This document shows positions 1-8,579 of a DNA stretch of 64,000 nt, piece by piece. Within the stretch, counting starts at the first letter, position 1, and each line of letters begins with the position of its first letter. The notes beneath the pieces are model-generated. The model was given only the letters and a program-made list of their open reading frames with translations. It was not told the DNA's origin and did no database searches. Source of the stretch: an uncultured Planctomycetales bacterium (GTDB taxonomy: Bacteria; Planctomycetota; Phycisphaerae; UBA1845; Fen-1342); the NCBI GenBank assembly GCA_964535305.1, contig CAZHTF010000002.1:62058-126057 (forward strand), in the 5' to 3' direction. The position numbers and the translations under genes are program-made.

Positions 1-1
1 C

Positions 2-589
2 GAGCTACTGGCACGCTCCGCGTGGCTGGAGACGCTGATCGTCGACGCGGGCCGCGTGCCGCTGGAATGGATGCGGCCGAGCGAGCGGTCGGATTCGCTC
101 TTCGAGCGCTTCTCGCCGGCAACCGCCGCGCGGCTGCGTGCCATGAAGACCTCGCTGACTCAGGCGGGTCTGGACCTGCTGGGGCGCATCACTGGGCACT
201 CGCAGCATCGCGCCGAAGTGATTCTGGAAGGCCGCGCCCGCGCGATCGACCACATGAAGGCCGGCGTGCTGCGGCAGATGGGCAAGAGCGTCCGTGCCCG
301 CGCGTTCGTCTCAGACCTCGGCTCGCCCGCGCACGCCTACTCGGAGCACTACGCGCTGCTCACCGCGCCGCTGCTGGTCATCGCCGGTGGGCGCGACCGC
401 ATCGCAAACGCGGCTGTGACGCGCGAGGCGTTCTTCGAGCGCGTCTGCGCCGTCGACAAGGAATTTCGGCTGTTCGAAGAGTTCGCCCACGGCGAGTTTG
501 AAGCAGCCCCGCGCGCCTGCGAGCGCGTCTACCCGGGCATCGCCGATTGGATCCGCAACCGAAATGCGCTCGCGGACGCCGCGGATTGA
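2..589 (+). CDS. alpha/beta-fold hydrolase, C-terminal part (5' end outside window)
   Basis: The frame is open from base 2 to TGA at 587-589; the track ORF 56..589 starts at an internal GTG. The C-terminal hydrolase pattern is present: LLVIAGGRDRI (Asp strand) and EEFAHGEF (His). Confidence 0.6.
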   Translation, partial: ELLARSAWLETLIVDAGRVPLEWMRPSERSDSLFERFSPATAARLRAMKTSLTQAGLDLLGRITGHSQHRAEVILEGRARAIDHMKAGVLRQMGKSVRARAFVSDLGSPAHAYSEHYALLTAPLLVIAGGRDRIANAAVTREAFFERVCAVDKEFRLFEEFAHGEFEAAPRACERVYPGIADWIRNRNALADAAD

Positions 590-684
590 CGCGCGCCGCG
601 CAGCAGATCTGCGCCGCAGAACCCGCGCCGCGCCGGCGGCGGATCGCGATCCATTTCCGCGCCGACAGTCACCGACGCACCTGG

Positions 685-1920
685 TTAGGTCAACAGGTAA
701 TCCGCTGCCACGCGGATCGGGATCGGCGGAAAGCGCATCCGCAGTCGCCACAACTGGAATTGGCTCAGCGGGACACCGATCTGCGAGCAAACCCAGCGGA
801 TCATCTCGGATTGTCGCGGGACTTCCGCGGCGACCGGGGCTGAATCGGCGCGGCCCATGTCGTCGAGCTGCTCGGGAATGGGGATCCCATGAAAGTCCAC
901 GCCGCGCAGATACGGGTGTTCGGATTGAATCGTGCTGTAGACGTGAAGTGTGACCGGGCTGTCGATCAATCCCTCAGCCAAGAAAATGTCATAAACCAGC
1001 CGCTCGCAGGGTGTGGTGACAGCCATCGTAACCGCGTCCCTGCGGTGCTCCTGCCGCGGCATGTCGCTCATGCGCTCGCCTGTAACAACGTCGACCGCGG
1101 CGAGCTGCCCGACGGCACCGGGTGCAAGCTCATCTTCAAACGTCACGCCGCCAACGACGCGGCGGTGAATCGGTGGCAGCGGCTGCGAGGAGAATGCGGG
1201 CAGCACGAATAACGCCGTCAGATCGTCCGTCCCGCTGCCACCCAACAGCGGGCGGCGCGTCACCAGTGAAGACGGCCCGTCGGAGTGCAGCAGCGTGGTG
1301 CGCGAAATCTGCCAATGCAGGTTGGGACGATTGCGGCGCAGACCAAAATGCCCGCGAATGCGCGCGACATCGGGCATGAAGCCGTCCAGCGGCGGCAACA
1401 GGAAATCGGCCTGATACATGACCGCCGCCTGCACACCCAGAAAGTAGGCATTCGCGCGGAAGCCATCGCGTCGCAGGGCGGTCTCAAGCCGCGTGCGACC
1501 CTCGGGCGACAGCGCCCCGAGCATGCTGGTAGCCGAGGCGCGATCACCTGCGTGAATCTGCGTCAGCCGTTCGAACGCGGCATAGGCGCCGTTTGCTTCG
1601 CGGATTGCGTCGCTGTTGACGCCGATCGCCGCCGCGGCTTCGAGAAAGCGGTGAAACCCGGCTCGGCCTGGGATGTGCGCTGGCGAAGGGCAGCCGCCCG
1701 AGCCTTGTCCGACATTCCAGATTTTCCACGCCAGGCTGCGATCCAGTCCGAGACGGTTGGAGACCTCGACCGCGCGCTCAACACCCTGGCACGCCGCGAG
1801 TACATCCGCCGTCGCACGCCGCAATTGCCGAAGAATGTTTGCAGCTTCGGTCTGGAAGGCGTCCGTGGCCTGGGCGATTTCGGGTGCGTCAGCGTCGGCG
1901 GGTGGTTTACGGGCCGGCAT
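685..1920 (-). CDS. hypothetical protein (411 aa), no family recognised
   Basis: This is a long ORF with balanced, protein-like composition, unlike the Arg/Ala-rich overlapping frames. ATG is at 1918-1920. A lower-GC 237-bp upstream region could hold its promoter. Confidence 0.6.
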   Translation of the reverse strand: MPARKPPADADAPEIAQATDAFQTEAANILRQLRRATADVLAACQGVERAVEVSNRLGLDRSLAWKIWNVGQGSGGCPSPAHIPGRAGFHRFLEAAAAIGVNSDAIREANGAYAAFERLTQIHAGDRASATSMLGALSPEGRTRLETALRRDGFRANAYFLGVQAAVMYQADFLLPPLDGFMPDVARIRGHFGLRRNRPNLHWQISRTTLLHSDGPSSLVTRRPLLGGSGTDDLTALFVLPAFSSQPLPPIHRRVVGGVTFEDELAPGAVGQLAAVDVVTGERMSDMPRQEHRRDAVTMAVTTPCERLVYDIFLAEGLIDSPVTLHVYSTIQSEHPYLRGVDFHGIPIPEQLDDMGRADSAPVAAEVPRQSEMIRWVCSQIGVPLSQFQLWRLRMRFPPIPIRVAADYLLT

Positions 1921-2157
1921 GGATTTAAGCGTACTTGGCGCGGACGGTAGGGATCAAGCTCTGTCTGAACATTTCTTTAAGAGCGCTCGCAAGTTACTCC
2001 CGCTCGAGACCAGCATATCACGGACAAAGAGGGCCCGCAATCGATCTGTCGCGCTGCGGCGCGACGCGGTTGGATTATCGATAGCAGCGACACGTTGTTT
2101 CTGAAATAGCGCTGGCACGATTCGCAAATTCCATCCCGTCTGTCGGCGACCCGATCT

Positions 2158-3597
2158 TCAGCCGCCCAACGTCCGCCGCAAAAGCTTCGCGATGACGACG
2201 GCAAAGCCGAATCCGAGCGCCAGTACACCGCCGCCCCACATGAGCACCGCCGGCTGCTCGCGCCAGGTGACCGCAACGGTTTCGGCGTAAATCGACGCGA
2301 CGCGCGCCGCGGGCGCGTTTAACCAAAGCGCCAGCACAAAACCGATCGAAAGCCAAGGCCCATACGGAATCAGCACGCTGCGTTTCAGAAACATGCCGAG
2401 CGCCCAGCCCACCATCGCCAACCCGACCGAGAGCAAGAGCCCAAGCAGCGCCACGTCCCATCCGGCACAGGCCCCCGCCGCGGCGAGAATGTAGATGTCG
2501 CCCACGCCGAACGCCTCGCGCCCGAAGACGAGCGTGAAAACGATCCGCAGCAGCCAGCCGGCGGAGGCTGCGATTACCGCGCCCGTGCAGGCGATCGCCA
2601 TGCCCGCCAGCGGCGCGATCCCGGCGATCGGCAACCAGCGCAGCGCCGCCAACCAGGCGTCCTGCACGGGCTGCACGCGTTCGATCAACAGGTAACAGAG
2701 CACGCCGCTCATCAGCGGCAGCGCCAGCCATCGCAGCTCCGCGAATGTCTGAGCGCGGGCCGCGCCGCTCTCGCGCTCGATCTCGGCTTCGACCCGTGCA
2801 TCGGAATCGCGCGATTGTCCGCCGGCGAGTGCCGTTACCACGAATATCACGCCAAAACCCAGCCAGATCAGCGGGTCGCGCAGCTCAGGGCTCTGACCGC
2901 TGCCGGCCAGCAGCCCCAGCGCCGTCAACAAAAGCGCGGCGACGCCGATGCGGGCCAACCGCGAAGCGGCGGGTTGCTCCTTCGTTGGCGTCGCGAGCGG
3001 CTCAAGCGCCGGCTCGGGCTCCAACGGGCCGCGCCACAAAAGGAATCCCGAAACCAGCAGCGTCGCGCTCGCGCCGCCCAGTAGCGGGGCGTGGAAAGCG
3101 CTGGCAAGCTCTGCCGCGCGCGGCCAGAAGGCCAGCGCCAGCACGCCGATCAGCAAGGCGAAGTTCGTGACGCGCACGTCGACCAGGTACCAGCGCAGGT
3201 CCACGACCGAGCTGGCGATCAGCGCCGCGATCAGCACCAGCCAAGATGCCAGCAGCGGCCAATCTGTCGCGAGGCGGGGCTGCTGCACGTGCAGGCGTGC
3301 AGCGGCGTCGAAGATCAGCACGTATGCCAGCAAAAACGCCAGCCCGCTGAGCGCCTCGACCAGCGGATACTGCGGCGAAATCGGAACGCGACAGGCGCGG
3401 CAGCGGCCGCGCAGCAGCAGCCAGCTCAGCACCGGAATGTTGTCGCCAGCGGAAATGGGTGCCCGGCAGGTTGGGCAAAACGAGCGCGAGGGGGACAGCA
3501 GCGACATGCCCGCCGGCAGGCGAAACACAACTACGTTCAGAAAGCTGCCGACGCAGAGGCCTAGCAGCCAGGCGAGCAGCGGCAGCGCCACAGTCAT
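2158..3597 (-). CDS. pilD: prepilin peptidase (peptidase A24 / PilD family) with a large internal insertion
   Basis: The N-terminal zinc-binding motifs CPTC...CRAC sit in FLNVVVFRLP...SFCPTCRAPI...RGRCRACRVPISPQYPLVE. The two catalytic Asp contexts are SSVVDLRWY and FGVGDIYILAAAG. The protein is multi-TM. ATGA overlap with aroK at 3594-3597. Confidence 0.85.
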   Translation of the reverse strand: MTVALPLLAWLLGLCVGSFLNVVVFRLPAGMSLLSPSRSFCPTCRAPISAGDNIPVLSWLLLRGRCRACRVPISPQYPLVEALSGLAFLLAYVLIFDAAARLHVQQPRLATDWPLLASWLVLIAALIASSVVDLRWYLVDVRVTNFALLIGVLALAFWPRAAELASAFHAPLLGGASATLLVSGFLLWRGPLEPEPALEPLATPTKEQPAASRLARIGVAALLLTALGLLAGSGQSPELRDPLIWLGFGVIFVVTALAGGQSRDSDARVEAEIERESGAARAQTFAELRWLALPLMSGVLCYLLIERVQPVQDAWLAALRWLPIAGIAPLAGMAIACTGAVIAASAGWLLRIVFTLVFGREAFGVGDIYILAAAGACAGWDVALLGLLLSVGLAMVGWALGMFLKRSVLIPYGPWLSIGFVLALWLNAPAARVASIYAETVAVTWREQPAVLMWGGGVLALGFGFAVVIAKLLRRTLGG

Positions 3598-4187
3598 CTG
3601 GGCACATCCGCAAGCGCGGTATCAACCCACTCGAGAACTCGCGCCGTGACCTGCTCCGCGCTCAGCGCGGCCGTGTCGATCTTCACCGCCGCCAGCTGCG
3701 CGTAGAGCGGTTCGCGTTCGCGGCTCAGTCTGTTCAGTTCTTCCAGCAGCGGCAGCTCCGTCAACGCCGGCCGGAGCGTGGCCGACCGCGGATCGTGCGT
3801 CAACCGCCGACAGAGCTCCTCCGGCGGCGCGGTGAGCCAGACGCAGGCGTGCGGTGCGAGCACGGCGCGATTGTCGGCCCGCAGCACGGCCCCACCGCCT
3901 ACGCTGAGCACGGCGGCGAATTGTGGCGGCGCAGCGGTCGGCGGCGCTTGCGGCGCGGACGGCAGCGCCGCGCACAGGGCCGCGTGTTCCAGCTCGCGGA
4001 AGTGTGCCTCGCCGCGGGCCGCGAATAGCGCGGCGACGCTCGCGCCGGCGGCGCGCTCGATCTGCTGATCCAGGTCGATGAATGCCCGGTCAAGCCGCTG
4101 CGCGACGCGCAGGCCGATCGTGGTCTTGCCGCTGCCGCGCGGGCCGATGAATACCAGGACTGTCGCGTTTGGGGAGAAACGCCGCAT
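3594..4187 (-). CDS. aroK: shikimate kinase
   Basis: Walker A is in VLVFIGPRGSGKTTIG, followed by FIDLDQQIE and ALFAARGEAHFRELE. I chose the ATG at 4185-4187 (MRRFSPNATVLVFIG) rather than the longer track start at 4265. Confidence 0.85.
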   Translation of the reverse strand: MRRFSPNATVLVFIGPRGSGKTTIGLRVAQRLDRAFIDLDQQIERAAGASVAALFAARGEAHFRELEHAALCAALPSAPQAPPTAAPPQFAAVLSVGGGAVLRADNRAVLAPHACVWLTAPPEELCRRLTHDPRSATLRPALTELPLLEELNRLSREREPLYAQLAAVKIDTAALSAEQVTARVLEWVDTALADVPR

Positions 4188-4201
4188 GCGCGCCGCTTCA
4201 G

Positions 4202-5041
4202 TCAACGATACACCGTATGCCGCAGCGTCTCGCGCGGGCGCTCGGCGTCGAAGAGCACGGCACACAAGCGGTCATCCGTCTGCCCGGGGTTGATACACAG
4301 CGTCTGACCGACCCAGTCGTGATAATCGCCGGTGACCTGCGGCGATTCGTGCACATGCCCATGCAGGGCGCAGATCGGGCTGCGCGTCTCGATGAACTTT
4401 CGCACGGCCCGCGAGCCGATCGGCGCATCCAGATGCGGCAAGCGGTCGAGTTTGGTCGCGTAGGGCGGCGCGTGGCAGACGAAGATCCAGGGCGCGGGCA
4501 CCATCGGGAAGAGCTGCAGGTCGACCGCCAGTGCCTCGGGCCGCTTGAAGTGCTCCGCAGACGAGACTGCGCGAATCGCAGCCGAGGTCACGTCCCAGAT
4601 CGAGCCGCCGTTCTGCGGCAGCGGGTCGCCGGGCAGATCCAAGCGTTCAAAATCCTTAACGAAGTGCGGCGTGGGCGGTGTGCGAGCGTAGCCCGTGAAG
4701 TGTACGCCGTTGATCGGCAGCGGCTTCTCGCCATTCAGCAGGGCCAGCGCGCCACTGCTTCGCAGGCGTGCGACATGCGTCTCGGTCAGCAGCCAGTCGT
4801 GGTTTCCGAGGATGCACGCGATGGTCAAGTTGGGCCGCAGCTTGGTCCAGGTTTGGATGCGCGCGGAGAACACGTCGTCGACGTACGCCGCCTGCGAGGC
4901 GGCCGGATCGGCGCCGTTGCCATCGGGAAACAGGTCGCCCCCGAGCAGCAGAACGTCCGGCGTTTCGGCGGCGATCAAGCGCTCAAGTTGATCATAGAGC
5001 GCGACGCGACCATGCAGGTCGCTCGTGAAACAGATCTGCAT
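4202..5041 (-). CDS. metallophosphoesterase (calcineurin-like)
   Basis: The motifs appear in order: SDLHG, GGDLFPDG, GNHDW and LHGHVHESP. Confidence 0.8.
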   Translation of the reverse strand: MQICFTSDLHGRVALYDQLERLIAAETPDVLLLGGDLFPDGNGADPAASQAAYVDDVFSARIQTWTKLRPNLTIACILGNHDWLLTETHVARLRSSGALALLNGEKPLPINGVHFTGYARTPPTPHFVKDFERLDLPGDPLPQNGGSIWDVTSAAIRAVSSAEHFKRPEALAVDLQLFPMVPAPWIFVCHAPPYATKLDRLPHLDAPIGSRAVRKFIETRSPICALHGHVHESPQVTGDYHDWVGQTLCINPGQTDDRLCAVLFDAERPRETLRHTVYR

Positions 5042-5076
5042 TCGTACACAGTCCCGCGGCTAGCCCCCGGGGCAAA

Positions 5077-5316
5077 TCAGTACAACGTATTCTCGGCGAG
5101 CGCATCGAGGTTGTCGAGCGCTCGCTGCAGCGAATCCGTGAGTTCATCGCCGGCCTGCAGCAGCGGCGCGTCGCCGTCGGGCGTGGAGTAGCGCGGCTCG
5201 AACGTGCCCGAGCGACGGGCGCCGCAGCCCGCGCCAGCAGCCGTGAGCGCCGCGATGCAAAGCGCTTTCAAGGGTAAATCCCAAGCCGTTTTACCACGAG
5301 CCAGACGACAGCGCAT
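5077..5316 (-). CDS. small putative lipoprotein (79 aa)
   Basis: A signal-like N-terminus ends in AAGAGC (a weak lipobox). The ORF sits between two same-strand genes with gaps of 26 and 35 nt. No family recognised. Confidence 0.45.
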   Translation of the reverse strand: MRCRLARGKTAWDLPLKALCIAALTAAGAGCGARRSGTFEPRYSTPDGDAPLLQAGDELTDSLQRALDNLDALAENTLY

Positions 5317-5342
5317 GCAGGTTCCTCGGGCCCACCTGCTGA

Positions 5343-7466
5343 TTACTTCGGCGTTCCGAGGCGCGGAACTTGCGGTTGAATTTCCCCGTACGTTTGGAGT
5401 TTTCTTTGGAGAACGGCATATTGTCCCGGGGCAGGCTCAAACACGGCCTGGTACTCGCCTAGTTCTGAATAGGGCACGTTCATCAAGACAATCCAGTCGA
5501 GGCCGCGTTGCCGCGCCTGCGTCAGCCAATCGCCTCGCCAATCCAGCAGCACAACTTCGCGCGCCAGGTGCGGCCCGAAGAATGGGAAATCCCAACTGTC
5601 GCCGTCATGCGAGACATAGCCAAGCCGCTCGATCGGCGGCCGGGCCGAGTCGATCGTGCGGGCCATGTCTGCCTGCATCGGCCGCACGGTCGCCCGCCGC
5701 CGCTCGCGCGGCAGATCGAAAATGGTCCGTGCGGATGCGTCCATGCGTGTCACAGCGATCGACGGGGCCATGGGCTTGCGTTCATTGTGAAGGTGCACAT
5801 CCAGCATATGCGCCGCGCCGATCCCCGCGACGACGACGCCCACGATGACACCGCGCGGCCCGCGGCGGTCGAGCAAGCGCGCCGCCAGCGGAGCAGCCAG
5901 CACCGCCGCTGGCAGCAGGTAGCGGTTGATCGAGTTCATGAACATGAACGTGCCCAGGCACGTCAGCACGTGCGCCAACAAATTCGCGGCCAGCAACCAC
6001 GCCAGCGTGCGTTGCGGCGTCGCACGATCGCGGCACAGCCACGCCGCGATTGCCGCGAGCAGTGCCGCCACGATCCCGGCGCGGACGTCAATCGCGACGG
6101 CCAGCAGCAGCGCCGCGATGCCGCCGAGCGCCAACAGCGCGCCTGCGCGGCGGATCGCCAGCAGCGCTGCCAAAGCCCCGACCGGCAGCAACACGAAGCC
6201 TGTCAAGCCAAACCACGATACGTCTTCGTGCACCGTGCGATAGAGCGTGTCTTCCAACCGCATGGCGCGGCGGTCGGAGGTGTCATCGACATTCGCGCCC
6301 AGCCAGCGGCCCAGAGCGCGAATGGCGGGAATGCGGCGCTTGTCGGGCGTGATGTCGTAGGTCTCGAACGGCAGCTCAAATGCATCCACGCCGCAGCGAA
6401 TCAGGTTGGCGCGGATCTGCTGTGCATCGCGTTTGGCGGAGATGGGCGAGAGCGCGTCGACGCGATTGAGCGTACCGAGCTCGTGCAGGTTGTCAACATA
6501 CGACTCGCCGCCGACGACGAGGATCAGCGGCAGGACCAGCAGTGCGTAGCGCAGCAGGAAAATCAGCGGCCGCTGCTGATATGACCAGATCGCGGCGAGC
6601 AGCAGCGTGACGAAAAGCGGCGCCAGCAGCAAGGCGGTGCCCTTCGTGGACAGCATCAGCCCGGCGGCGACGCCGCTGATCACGATCAGGCCGCTGCTTG
6701 CCCGCTGTGCGGCGCGCAGCATGAGAAACAGGCTGGCGGCGACAGTCCAGGCGAAGAGCAGGTCGATCTGCGTGCTAGTGGATTGCAGCAGCGGCTGCGG
6801 CATCAGGCAGATCAGCAGCCCCGCCAGCAACGCCGCCCGCCGGCGCACGCGCAGCGCGCGGGCCAGGCCGTACACACATGGCAGCAGCCACACCCACGAA
6901 AGGAGCTGCACGAACCCGGCCAGGTAATCGCCGCGCACGAAGATCAGCGCGTACATCTGCAGGATCGACGCACCGCGCGGGTAGTCGTTGTGCAGCGGAT
7001 TGTGCGAGGGGAAATCGGCCACCTGCTGATGCTGCATCCAGAACGCCGCCCGCGCCAGGTGGCAGGTCATCGCATCCCAGGTATTCGGCGGGACGTAGAG
7101 CACCAGGAAGCTCGCGGCGCACAGCGAAAGCAGCGCCGCGCCACCTGCGATCATCAGTGGCGCGTAACGCCGCAGCAGTTGCAGAAAACGCCGCGGCTGA
7201 CCTGCGGACCAGGGCCACAGCCGCGGCCGGCCGCGCCGCAGCCAGATGACCAGCGCCACGGTGGCGAGCGCGGCATGCAGGCCGGCGAGTGCGGCCGCCG
7301 ACAGCCACGGCCGCAGCGAGACCAGGTGTGCCACGCCGACGGCCTGTGCGTACGCGAGCACGCCCAGGCCGACCAGCGCTTCGGCGCCCGGGCGCAGCCG
7401 CAGCAGATTTCCAATCGTCAGCGAAGCAAACAGCGTGCAGAGCAGCGTGAGCGCCAGCAGCAGCAT
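5343..7466 (-). CDS. multi-pass membrane protein, probable GT-C-fold (GT39/ArnT-like) glycosyltransferase
   Basis: The 707-aa protein has many hydrophobic helices and a soluble C-terminal domain. It begins 6 nt downstream of a polyprenol-phosphate-type GT2. The function is inferred from architecture and context only. Confidence 0.65.
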   Translation of the reverse strand: MLLLALTLLCTLFASLTIGNLLRLRPGAEALVGLGVLAYAQAVGVAHLVSLRPWLSAAALAGLHAALATVALVIWLRRGRPRLWPWSAGQPRRFLQLLRRYAPLMIAGGAALLSLCAASFLVLYVPPNTWDAMTCHLARAAFWMQHQQVADFPSHNPLHNDYPRGASILQMYALIFVRGDYLAGFVQLLSWVWLLPCVYGLARALRVRRRAALLAGLLICLMPQPLLQSTSTQIDLLFAWTVAASLFLMLRAAQRASSGLIVISGVAAGLMLSTKGTALLLAPLFVTLLLAAIWSYQQRPLIFLLRYALLVLPLILVVGGESYVDNLHELGTLNRVDALSPISAKRDAQQIRANLIRCGVDAFELPFETYDITPDKRRIPAIRALGRWLGANVDDTSDRRAMRLEDTLYRTVHEDVSWFGLTGFVLLPVGALAALLAIRRAGALLALGGIAALLLAVAIDVRAGIVAALLAAIAAWLCRDRATPQRTLAWLLAANLLAHVLTCLGTFMFMNSINRYLLPAAVLAAPLAARLLDRRGPRGVIVGVVVAGIGAAHMLDVHLHNERKPMAPSIAVTRMDASARTIFDLPRERRRATVRPMQADMARTIDSARPPIERLGYVSHDGDSWDFPFFGPHLAREVVLLDWRGDWLTQARQRGLDWIVLMNVPYSELGEYQAVFEPAPGQYAVLQRKLQTYGEIQPQVPRLGTPK

Positions 7467-7472
7467 CTTCGC

Positions 7473-8354
7473 CTATACGCGATGCTCGTGGGCAAGCGGC
7501 TCGGTGGCGCGCGGCGGGGGGTGCGTGCCGCTCGAGGCGCGCTGCTGCGCCTCGGCGCTGACGCCGCTGGCGTGCAGTGCGTCGGCGCTGGCGCGCAGCA
7601 GTTCACGAGGTTCCGTGGCGGCGCGCTGCTGGCAAGCGCTGATCGCACTGAAGCGGATGCGGGCCAGCACGCGCAGGTACATCACGCCGTCGTGCCAGCG
7701 CACTTTCTTGCCCTCGGCCACGCTGCGCGGCTTGTAGCTGACGGGCAGTTCCTGGATTTTGTAGCCCAGCCGCAGCAGCTTGGCGGTGATCTCGGGCTCG
7801 ATCTCGAAGCCGGTGGCGCGCAGCCTCAACCGGGCCGCCGTTGCCCGCGAAAGGATCTTGTAGCCACAAGCCATGTCCGTAAGACGTGCGGCGTAGAGCA
7901 CGTTGGTCACGCGCGTGAGGAACCAGTTTGCCCAGCGTGTCACCGCGGGGACGCTGCGATCGAAGCCCGCCTTGAAGCGCGAGCCGTAGACCACTTCTGC
8001 CTGCCCGGCGAGCACGGGTGCGACCAGTTTCGGCAGGTCGTCGGGATCCAGCTCCAGGTCGCCGTCCTGAAATGCCAGCACGGCGCCGTTGGCCAGGCCG
8101 ATCCCGTTTCGCAGGGCGCCGCCTTTGCCGAAATTGGCCGGGCTGTGGAAGACGATACCGCGCACATCCGGCGGAAAGCGGTAGCGGTCGAGAATCTGGC
8201 GCGTTGCGTCGCTCGAGCCATCGTTCACGACCACGATCTCGGTCTTAGCGCGTTCGAAACGCAGCGCACACACCCGATCCAACACCTGCTGGATCGAGCG
8301 CTCCTCATTGAACGCCGGGATGATGATCGAAACCACCTGCTCGGCCTGGCTCAT
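7473..8354 (-). CDS. family 2 glycosyltransferase (polyprenol-phosphate sugar synthase-like)
   Basis: GT2 motifs are VSIIIPAFNEE, VVVNDGSSDAT, GKGGALRNG and FQDGDLELDPDD. I chose the ATG at 8352-8354 (MSQAEQVV); the upstream part of the track ORF looks non-coding. Confidence 0.85.
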   Translation of the reverse strand: MSQAEQVVSIIIPAFNEERSIQQVLDRVCALRFERAKTEIVVVNDGSSDATRQILDRYRFPPDVRGIVFHSPANFGKGGALRNGIGLANGAVLAFQDGDLELDPDDLPKLVAPVLAGQAEVVYGSRFKAGFDRSVPAVTRWANWFLTRVTNVLYAARLTDMACGYKILSRATAARLRLRATGFEIEPEITAKLLRLGYKIQELPVSYKPRSVAEGKKVRWHDGVMYLRVLARIRFSAISACQQRAATEPRELLRASADALHASGVSAEAQQRASSGTHPPPRATEPLAHEHRV

Positions 8355-8579
8355 ATACGCTCCGCGCCAACACCTCCAGTATCCGCGATTTGTAGCGAAA
8401 TGGGAACCAAGCCACGGGAGCCCGGCCGCGAACGGCCCGCCGCCCACCTGGACATTTCTCGTCCTACAACGCATTCTGCGCGGTGCGCGTGACCTGCGCG
8501 CAGCGCCTGCGAGTAATCCTGCATGCGAGCCTGCCGTAGCGCTCGCATCAGCCGAGTCGCTCGTCGTTAGGAGAAAATC

